Shown here in pieces: positions 8,812 through 16,104 of a stretch of DNA of 64,000 nucleotides (the stretch's first letter is position 1; each line of letters starts with the position of its first letter). Below the pieces are notes generated by a model. The model saw only the letters and a list, made by a program, of their open reading frames with translations. It searched no databases and had not been told where the DNA came from. This DNA comes from Dehalococcoidia bacterium. GTDB taxonomy: Bacteria; Chloroflexota; Dehalococcoidia; UBA2979. The position numbers and the translations under genes were made by a program. Location of the stretch: NCBI GenBank assembly GCA_034406555.1, contig DASCRM010000017.1, forward strand, positions 1,053 through 65,052. The letters run 5' to 3'.

Positions 8812-10062
8812 ATGGCAGTAATGGAACGCACGATTCCTCGCGTCGTGATCACGGGCCTCGGTGCCGTGACACCGATCGGCAACGACATCGGGTCGTTCTG
8901 GGAGGGGCTGCGCACCGGCAACAACGGTATCGGCCGCGTCACGCAGGTCGACCCGGACGACCTGCCCGTCCAGATCGCCGGCGAGGTCAATGACTTCGAC
9001 CCGGAGCAGTACTTGGACCGCAAGGCCGCCCGCCGCAGCGGTCGCTTCATTCAGCTCGCCGCCGCCGCCACGATGCAGGCGCTCGAAGACAGCAGCCTGC
9101 CGTTCACCAACGGAGCGGGCGACGAGATCGGCGTCGTGATGGCGACCTCCGGCGACGCTTTCAACATGGGCGAACCGTGGAACACGCTGCGGACACGCGG
9201 CGCTCACCGCGTCGACCCGCTGCTGATCACGCGCCACGGCCAGCACATGGCCGCCGCCCGCGTCGCCCGCGAGCTGGGCCTGCGAGGCCCGAACACCACC
9301 ATCAATACGGCTTGCGCCTCCGGCACCGACGCGCTCGGCCACGCCCTGAACATGATCCGCATGGGCCAGGCGCGCGCCGTGCTGGCCGGTGGTGCGGAGG
9401 CGATGATCACCCAGCTCTCGCTGGCCTCCATGGGCCGCCTGGGGGCGCTCTCGCAGAACAACGACGACCCGGAGCACGCCTCCCGCCCCTACGACCTCAA
9501 CCGCGACGGCTTCGTGCTGGGCGAGGGAGCGGGTGTGCTGATGCTGGAGCGCGAAGACGAAGCGCTGGCGCGCGGCGCGCGCATCTACGGCGAACTCGCG
9601 GGCGTCGGCTGGTCTTTCGACGCCGCCGACGACGCCGCCCCGGACGCCGCGGGCCAGTCGCTGGCGATGCTGCGGGCGCTGCGCGATGCAGAACTCGAAC
9701 CGGAGGCACTCGACTACATCAACGCCCACGGCACCAGCACGCAGCTCAACGACAAGACGGAGACCGCGGCAATCAAGCTCGCACTGGGGCCGGAGAACGC
9801 TCAGAGGGTCGCGATCTCATCGACGAAGTCGATGACGGGACACCTCGCTGCCGGCGCGGGGGGCATCGAGGCGGTCGTCTCCGTACTGACGATGGAGCAC
9901 GACCTGATCCCGCCGACGATCAACTACGTCACGCCCGACCCGGCCTGCGATCTCGATGTCGTCCCGAACGAGGCCCGTGAGGCGCACCTGGACGTGGTGC
10001 TCTCCAACTCGTTTGGCCTCGGCGGTCAGAACGCGAGCGCGATCTTCCGTCGCTACACGTAG
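8812..10062 (+). CDS. fabF: 3-oxoacyl-ACP synthase II
   Basis: RVVITGLGAVTPIGN, INTACASGTDALG (active Cys), NAHGTSTQLND, KSMTGHLAAGAGG, SNSFGLGGQNAS. The start is at ATG 8812 (MAVMERT); the upstream part of the 497-aa ORF is junk. Confidence 0.9.
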   Translation: MAVMERTIPRVVITGLGAVTPIGNDIGSFWEGLRTGNNGIGRVTQVDPDDLPVQIAGEVNDFDPEQYLDRKAARRSGRFIQLAAAATMQALEDSSLPFTNGAGDEIGVVMATSGDAFNMGEPWNTLRTRGAHRVDPLLITRHGQHMAAARVARELGLRGPNTTINTACASGTDALGHALNMIRMGQARAVLAGGAEAMITQLSLASMGRLGALSQNNDDPEHASRPYDLNRDGFVLGEGAGVLMLEREDEALARGARIYGELAGVGWSFDAADDAAPDAAGQSLAMLRALRDAELEPEALDYINAHGTSTQLNDKTETAAIKLALGPENAQRVAISSTKSMTGHLAAGAGGIEAVVSVLTMEHDLIPPTINYVTPDPACDLDVVPNEAREAHLDVVLSNSFGLGGQNASAIFRRYT

Positions 10063-10086
10063 GCGCTTGCCCGACGGGCCTTCCGC

Positions 10087-10111
10087 TCACCCTGAGCCTG
10101 TCGAAGGGTGA
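10087..10111. repeat. 7-bp stem hairpin (tcaccct/agggtga) inside a REP-like intergenic element
   Basis: The sequence ctcaccctgagcctgtcgaagggtgac, followed by ggttcgactggctcaccatgagcgg, gives the spurious peptides SPFDRLRVSG (minus) and VRLAHHERS (plus) seen in ORF-track entries 9929..10135 and 10108..10452. Confidence 0.45.
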
Positions 10112-10224
10112 CTCAGTACCGCTCGCGCGTGGCAAACAGCGTCATGGTTCGACTGGCTCACCATGAGCGGTCTGGGACGCGAAAGAACCACGATCTGCCG
10201 CGAAGCTTTGTGGCCCCTGGGGGG

Positions 10225-10728
10225 TTAGCCCTCGACGATCTCCACGGAGGTGATCGACGTGCCCGGCTCTCGGTCGGTATCTGGGTCGCGTACGCGCAGC
10301 GCGAGCATCACATCGATGCCCTCGTCGATCGCGCCGAACGCGGTGTAGTTGCCCGTCAGGTGTGGGGCGGCGTCAAGCATCAGGTAGAACTGCGAGCCGT
10401 TTGTGCCCGGTCCCGCGTTCGCCATGCCGATCACGCCCTGCTCGAACGGTAGGTCGTTGAGCTCATCCTGGAACGAGTAGCCGGGGCCGCCGGTACCGGT
10501 ACCCGTCGGGTCACCACCCTGTGCGACGAAGCCGGGGATCACGCGATGGAAGGTGACGCCATCGTAGAAACCTTCGCGGGCGAGGAAGACAAAGTTGTTG
10601 ACGCTGATCGGCGCAAGGTCCGGGCGGAGCTTGATCGAGATGTCGCCCACCTCCGTGTGCATCACGGCGCGGTAATCCTTCTCGACATCGATCGTCATCT
10701 CGGGAGGGGCGTCCCAGCTGGCTGCCAT
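10225..10728 (-). CDS. peptidyl-prolyl cis-trans isomerase, cyclophilin type
   Basis: FHRVIPGFVAQGGDPTGTGTGGPGY, GVIGMANAGPGTNGSQFY. Confidence 0.9.
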   Translation of the reverse strand: MAASWDAPPEMTIDVEKDYRAVMHTEVGDISIKLRPDLAPISVNNFVFLAREGFYDGVTFHRVIPGFVAQGGDPTGTGTGGPGYSFQDELNDLPFEQGVIGMANAGPGTNGSQFYLMLDAAPHLTGNYTAFGAIDEGIDVMLALRVRDPDTDREPGTSITSVEIVEG

Positions 10729-10822
10729 GGCGGTCGCTTCCTTTCGCGGTCGTCGGTCGCGCCAGCATAGCGGCGCGCGGCGCTGCGATCCTGCGAGCGG
10801 TCGAGATCGTCAGGCGCTACGC

Positions 10823-11648
10823 TCAGGCCACCTCGGAGAGCTGGATCGGGGAGTTGAAGCCCTTCAGCTCAACCGGGCCTGAGTCGCTGAAGGCGTGCCC
10901 CTTGCCCATGCTCAACTCGCGCACCACTCCCGCGACGAGGATCTGGCCGGCGTCCGCCGCATTGCAGATGCGCGCAGCGAGATTGACGACGCTGCCGAAG
11001 AGGTCGCCACCATCCTCGATCGGCTCGCCGGCAAGCGAGGCCGATGCGGACGTGCAGCGACTCGTTGGCAGCATCTTCATTGTGCTTCGCCATCGTGTTC
11101 TGAATATCAATCGCGCAACTGACACCGTTCGCCGCCGAGAGGAACGACGCCATCATGCCGTCACCGGTGTGCTTCACCTCGTTGCCCGCATTGGCCGCTA
11201 TTGCCTCGCGAATGATGCCGTTGTGGACACGCAGCAGCTCCACCGTCCGCTCATCGCCGAGCCGTTAGGTGAGCTGCACTGAGCCTTCGAGGTCCGTGAA
11301 CAGGATGGTGCGGACGGAGCGATCACGAGTTGGCCCCTGCAGCTCGATCGGTTGTGGCACGGACGGTATCGCGCCATCGGTGCCCAGCATCGCCGCGACC
11401 GCCCCCTGCTCCACCGGGATCACGAGGTCTGCGATCAACCCGTTGTCCTCGCTGTGGACCGCGTTCGCGGACTCAATGTTCGGCGCTTCCAGCAGGCAGA
11501 AGAGCCTGCCGGACTCCTCGTTGTGCCAGTACGTGTGGAACGCGACCCCGTGCTTCGCCCGGATGGCCAGGTCAGCGTCATGTGCGTCGGCGATTTCCTG
11601 TGGCGTGAAGCCCGGATCAACGGTGTGCAGGTCCATGAACATGCCCAT
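10823..11648 (-). pseudogene. DUF4242 + class III adenylate/guanylate cyclase fusion, disrupted by an in-frame TAA and a 1-nt frameshift
   Basis: Three ORF-track pieces join as follows: MFMDLHTVDPGFTPQEIADAHDADL...(DUF4242)...RTILFTDLEGSVQLT-TAA(11267..11265)-RLGDERTVELLRVHNGIIREAI...KHTGDGMMASF...HVRIGLA / frameshift near 11030..11040 / GEPIEDGGDLFGSVVNLAARICNAA...ELKGF. Confidence 0.8.
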
Positions 11649-11735
11649 GCGACTCACCCACGCTACGCGGCCTGAAATCGGCGCTGCCAACCGTTCTACC
11701 AGAGAGCCCTGATCTCGGCTACCTCAGCCCGGAGG

Positions 11736-12119
11736 CTACTCCCCGAGGCGCAACTCGCCGCTCCACTCCTCGGTGCCGATCGCGAGTGTGCAGACGAGCC
11801 GATCGACGAGCGCGGGCCATTCACCGGCGGTGCCCTCCACGACAAAGTTCGCGCGCACATCGGCCGCGCCGGTCTCCGCGTCGGGCTCGACGGCCCCGCC
11901 GTCGCCATCGAGCGAGGCGTAGAGCTCCGCGGTGCCCGCGGTGAGCGTCAGCTCACCCTCCTCGAGTGCCACTTCGCCCCCGGGGCCACGCCGCCAGCCG
12001 AAAGAGGCGGTCACGTCCCAGCCCTCCGCATCGCCATCGAGGTCGACACGCACGCGGCCGTCGAGCAGGTCTTCCCGCTCGCTCACCTCGCCGTGCATGC
12101 GCCTCTGTTCGAGAGCCAT
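11736..12119 (-). CDS. hypothetical acidic protein (127 aa)
   Basis: ORF track entry with high GC3 and plausible amino-acid composition. No family recognised. Confidence 0.45.
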   Translation of the reverse strand: MALEQRRMHGEVSEREDLLDGRVRVDLDGDAEGWDVTASFGWRRGPGGEVALEEGELTLTAGTAELYASLDGDGGAVEPDAETGAADVRANFVVEGTAGEWPALVDRLVCTLAIGTEEWSGELRLGE

Positions 12120-12143
12120 GTACCGATTCTAGAGGCGGGACTC

Positions 12144-12293
12144 TCAGGCGGCGGTCGGTGGCGTTATTGTCACGCGTGGCGGCCACGTGTAGGCGAGCAG
12201 CCCGCACTGCAAACACGAGTAGTACGCATCGTTCAGCTCCTCTATGCGGGCAACGGTCCCCTTGCATCGCGGGCAGGCGTCGAACATCAACAT
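12144..12293 (-). CDS. small zinc-ribbon protein (49 aa)
   Basis: MLMFDACPRCKGTVARIEELNDAYYSCLQCGLLAYTW carries CxxC...CxxC. The start is at ATG 12293 within the 130-aa ORF. Confidence 0.45.
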   Translation of the reverse strand: MLMFDACPRCKGTVARIEELNDAYYSCLQCGLLAYTWPPRVTITPPTAA

Positions 12294-12423
12294 CGGACAC
12301 TCCCTCGCTGGTCGCTGTGCAGCGGTCATCGTGCGAGCGCGTGAAGAGGCTGCACCGGGAATGTAGTGATTTCGTAAACGTTCAGACTCGCCCGTTGGGT
12401 CGGCGCCGCCGTGCCACCTGTTG

Positions 12424-14631
12424 CTACCTGTTGCCGCGTGTGAGCAGCCAGACCGCGGCCGTGACCACCACCGAGGTTGCGACGCCCGCCCACACGGCGG
12501 ACGAGACGCCGTCCTGACGGTAGTAGGAGAGCGCACTCGGGAGGCGCCGCTGGATCGCCCTCGTCGCCTGCCCGAGGTTCACGGACGGCTCAGCCGTCCA
12601 GCGCTCGCCGAACGGCAGGCTCTGCGCGGGCTCCCACGACGGAGGCCCGTAGTCCGCGCGCTCGCGCTCGCGTTCCGGCGGCGAATCGTACTGGGGCGGT
12701 TCCTCGGGCATCGGCACGGGCTCATCATGAGGTTCGTGGTTTGGCTCCTCGCCGAAGGATCGATCTTCCTCAGCCGCGACGGGTTCTTCGGCCCGAGGTT
12801 CGGCTTCGGGGGCGGCCGCAGCCTCGGGTGCGGGCTCCGACGACGCGGGAGTCGAGCCGTTGGCTGGCCGCTCGCGCGGCACATCGATCTGCTGGCGCAT
12901 GTAGTCGCGCACCGACTGCGTGCCCTCGTCCTCCGTCATGTAGTCGCGCGGTCGCGGCGTCGTGGGACGCGGCGATGCTTCATCTGCTGGGGTCGCGCGC
13001 CCGACTTCCTGTGCAGCGTCTTGCATCTCTGTGGCCTCCGACGGCTCCGGGGGAGGAGGGTCATGCTCCGGGTCGGCATCAATCATCGGCATCTTTGCTG
13101 GCGGAGGTTCGCGTGACGGCGGGGGCGCTGCGGCGTGTTCGGGCGGTTCCGCGACGGCGGTGACCGCCGCGACTGGCTCGGTCGCGTGCTCCGCGTCACC
13201 CTCGCTGGTCGGCGGCAGCGTGGCGCCTGCCTCGAAGAAGGCTGCGGGATCCTCGGGCGTCAGCGGCTCGGCGGGCAGCGCCGCCTTCGGCTTCGGCTGG
13301 CGGGCCAGCATCACCAGCCCAGCGGCGATGAACCACAACGCAGCGAATGTGATCAGCGCGCCGTTGTACGAGCCCATCGCGTCGTAGTACGCGCCGGCGA
13401 CGAACGGTCCGGTCGCGCTGAAGATGATCGTGACCGGCATCCCCGCACTGCGCACGGCGCCGAGGTAGCGACGGCCGAAGAACTGTGCCCAGATCACCTC
13501 GCTCAGCGGCACCATGCCACCGATGCCCCAGCCGAAGAGGACGAACGTGACGACCATCAGCTCCAGCGACCCCGTGGCCGCCACGGGCACCATCGCCACC
13601 GCCGATGCCCCCGACATCACGAAGGAGAACGAGACCAATCCGCGGACGGGGAGGTACTGCATCGCCCAGCCCCACGCGAACTTCGAGACGATCGCCGAGC
13701 CACCCTGAGCCGCCACGATCAGGGCCGCGTCGCTGCGGCTGTATCCGTTGTCCGTGAGGAAGGGGATCGAGTGGAAGATCAGCGAGATCAGCCCGACCAT
13801 CGCGAACCCGAAGGCGACGATCAGCAACCACATTGCGAGCGTCCGCACCGCCTCGCCCCGGGTGCGTGAGCTCGCGTACTCCTCACGCGCGACCGCAACA
13901 GCCTCCGCGTCCGCAGCCTCGCCCTCGATCTTGCCGTCGGGTAGCAGTCCGAAGTCCTCCGGCTCGCGGCGCATGATCAGCGCCACCGGATAGACGAGCA
14001 CCCACGAGACCACGCCCATCACCACCCAGGCGTCGCGCCAGCCCAGCGCATCGACAACCGGGACCATCACCAGCGGCGTGACGATGCTCGAGGCCGAGAA
14101 GCCGAGCGAGGCCATCGAGATCGCCCACCCTCGCCGCTCGACGAACCACTTGGAGACGGTCACGTTGACGACGAGGTTGCCGACCAGCACGAAGCCGATC
14201 GTGAAGACCACGCCCCGCAGCACGATGAACTGCCAGAGTTCCTGCACCTGCGATACCGCCAGCAGGGTGCCGCCGACGATTGTGATGCCGATGACCATCA
14301 ACGGGCGCGCACCAACACGATCGACGTAGCCGCCGATGAAGAACCCAATCAGTCCGGAGACCCCGGTACCGAGCGAGGTGGCGATCGTGAACTGCGCTCG
14401 TGTCCAGCCCAGGTCCTCCGACATCGGACGCAGGAAGATGCCGGAGACGCCGCCCTGCGCGCTCGTGCTGACGAACAGCGCAACCATCGCGCCCAACACC
14501 ATCCACCAGCCGTAGAAGATGCGCGGGCGAGCAGCCACCGGGGTGGGGGCTGGGGCGACGACGTGTGACTGCGTCACTGGGGGCTCGCTCACGGGGAGAT
14601 GCGCAACGGTCTGCGCCCTTGAGCCAATCAT
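12424..14631 (-). CDS. MFS transporter (OFA-like N-terminus RIFYGWWMV) with ~293-aa Pro/Glu-rich C-terminal tail ending in a TM helix
   Basis: The core of about 440 aa has many TM segments (..DRVGARPLMVIG.., ..FVERRGWAISM..). The tail spans 12424..13305 and ends in AVWAGVATSVVVTAAVWLLTRGNR. The start is taken at ATG 14631; upstream of it the ORF is Arg/Cys-rich junk. Confidence 0.8.
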   Translation of the reverse strand: MIGSRAQTVAHLPVSEPPVTQSHVVAPAPTPVAARPRIFYGWWMVLGAMVALFVSTSAQGGVSGIFLRPMSEDLGWTRAQFTIATSLGTGVSGLIGFFIGGYVDRVGARPLMVIGITIVGGTLLAVSQVQELWQFIVLRGVVFTIGFVLVGNLVVNVTVSKWFVERRGWAISMASLGFSASSIVTPLVMVPVVDALGWRDAWVVMGVVSWVLVYPVALIMRREPEDFGLLPDGKIEGEAADAEAVAVAREEYASSRTRGEAVRTLAMWLLIVAFGFAMVGLISLIFHSIPFLTDNGYSRSDAALIVAAQGGSAIVSKFAWGWAMQYLPVRGLVSFSFVMSGASAVAMVPVAATGSLELMVVTFVLFGWGIGGMVPLSEVIWAQFFGRRYLGAVRSAGMPVTIIFSATGPFVAGAYYDAMGSYNGALITFAALWFIAAGLVMLARQPKPKAALPAEPLTPEDPAAFFEAGATLPPTSEGDAEHATEPVAAVTAVAEPPEHAAAPPPSREPPPAKMPMIDADPEHDPPPPEPSEATEMQDAAQEVGRATPADEASPRPTTPRPRDYMTEDEGTQSVRDYMRQQIDVPRERPANGSTPASSEPAPEAAAAPEAEPRAEEPVAAEEDRSFGEEPNHEPHDEPVPMPEEPPQYDSPPERERERADYGPPSWEPAQSLPFGERWTAEPSVNLGQATRAIQRRLPSALSYYRQDGVSSAVWAGVATSVVVTAAVWLLTRGNR

Positions 14632-14687
14632 ACCCACAGGAACGATCGAGGCATAGATCGATGCCCTCCCCGATCGAGGCTGACGCG

Positions 14688-14945
14688 ATGCGCGTGTACA
14701 CTCCCGCCATGGCTGGCAGCACGACCTGCATGGCGATCGATTGCCGGTGGCTGCGCCGCACCATCGAATCCGGGCAGAGTCAGAACCCGTTTCGCACGCT
14801 CTGTACGCACATCGTGCGTGACGGCAGCGACTGCGTCGGACCGTTCCTGGAGGACATGGAGACGGACTGCCGTCTCTGGGAGCCGAACGAGCGGCTGGCG
14901 GCCCGCCTCCCCTCGTCCGTTCGCGATGGCTGGCAGTGGCAGTAG
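14688..14945 (+). CDS. small Cys/Trp-rich hypothetical protein (85 aa; alternative start 14661)
   Basis: MRVYTPAMAGSTTCMAIDCRWLRRT...LCTHIVRDGSDCVGPFLEDMETDCRLWEP...DGWQWQ has five Cys and very high GC3 in this frame. It is divergent from the MFS gene. Confidence 0.45.
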   Translation: MRVYTPAMAGSTTCMAIDCRWLRRTIESGQSQNPFRTLCTHIVRDGSDCVGPFLEDMETDCRLWEPNERLAARLPSSVRDGWQWQ

Positions 14946-15099
14946 GCTCTATCCGCAGCCCGCGATAGTCGTCGCGGCGGCTTCGGCGTAGACTGCTGCA
15001 AGATTCAAGCTCAGCGCCTATGCGTGCTGCGCTCTCCCCGCCCTTCCCGTCAGCGAGGGGCATGCCACGTAGTCGCTCATGGGCCGAAGGGGAGACCCG

Positions 15100-16086
15100 A
15101 TGGCCAGCGACGTGACTGAACGACTCGCCCGCTCCGACGACGCGACCCCGATCTCCGACGAGCAACGCGCCGAGGTCGACTCGTCACGCGCCGAGACGCA
15201 GCCGACGAGGCGCGCGACGGTGCCGGCGCTCGAAGAGATGCTGTACGAGCCGCTGCCGGTGCTCGACCACGGCTTCGTGCGGGTGATCGACTACATGGGC
15301 GATGACGCGGCAATCGTGCAGGCCGCACGCGTCTCCTACGGCAAAGGCACCAAGCGCACCCGCGAGGATGCCGGTCTGATCCGTTACCTGATGCGCAACT
15401 GGCACACCACGCCCTTCGAGATGTGCGAGATCAAGTACCACGTGAAGCTGCCGATCTTCGTCGCCCGCCAGTGGATCCGGCACCGTACGGCGAACGTCAA
15501 CGAGTACTCCGCGCGCTACTCGATCCTCGACAACGAGTTCTACCTGCCCGCGCCGGAGCAGATGGCGGCCCAGTCGACCTCGAACCGCCAGGGGCGCGGC
15601 GAGGCGCTATCGGCCGACGAGTCCGCGCGCGTCTACGAGCTGCTACGCGAGGACGCGGAGCGCGCCTACGGCCATTACGCGGAGCTGCTGAACGAGGACG
15701 CGGATGGCAACCTCGTCGACCCCGACAAGCCCGGGCTGGCGCGCGAACTGGCGCGCATGAACCTCTCGCTGAACTTCTACACGCAGTGGTACTGGAAGAT
15801 CGATCTGCACAACTTGCTGCACTTCCTCTGGCTGCGGAACGCTGCCCACGCGCAATACGAGATCCGCGCCTACGCGGATGTCATGCTGGACACCGTACAG
15901 CGCTGGGTGCCGCTCGCCTTCGACGCCTTCAGCGACTACCGCGTCGGCGGCGCGCAGCTCTCAGGCAAGGGCCTCGATGTCGTCCGCAAGCTGCTCGCCG
16001 GCGAAGAGGTCGAGCAGAAGGCCAGCGGCATGTCACCGGCCGAGTGGCGCGAGTTGATGGCCGTGCTCGGCCGAGACGCAGGCTAG
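15100..16086 (+). CDS. thyX: FAD-dependent thymidylate synthase
   Basis: ThyX signature [18 protein letters not shown] aggggag lies 5 nt before ATG 15100; the alternative ATG is 15079. Confidence 0.9.
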   Translation: MASDVTERLARSDDATPISDEQRAEVDSSRAETQPTRRATVPALEEMLYEPLPVLDHGFVRVIDYMGDDAAIVQAARVSYGKGTKRTREDAGLIRYLMRNWHTTPFEMCEIKYHVKLPIFVARQWIRHRTANVNEYSARYSILDNEFYLPAPEQMAAQSTSNRQGRGEALSADESARVYELLREDAERAYGHYAELLNEDADGNLVDPDKPGLARELARMNLSLNFYTQWYWKIDLHNLLHFLWLRNAAHAQYEIRAYADVMLDTVQRWVPLAFDAFSDYRVGGAQLSGKGLDVVRKLLAGEEVEQKASGMSPAEWRELMAVLGRDAG

Positions 16087-16104
16087 CAAGCACCCCGCGG
16101 GGCG

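Noticed and set aside
11265-11267. The in-frame TAA in the cyclase gene, considered as evidence for stop-codon reassignment or programmed read-through.
   Set aside because: TAA also terminates ordinary genes here (for example the amidohydrolase at 63177..63179). The same gene additionally carries a frameshift, so pseudogenisation is the simpler explanation.
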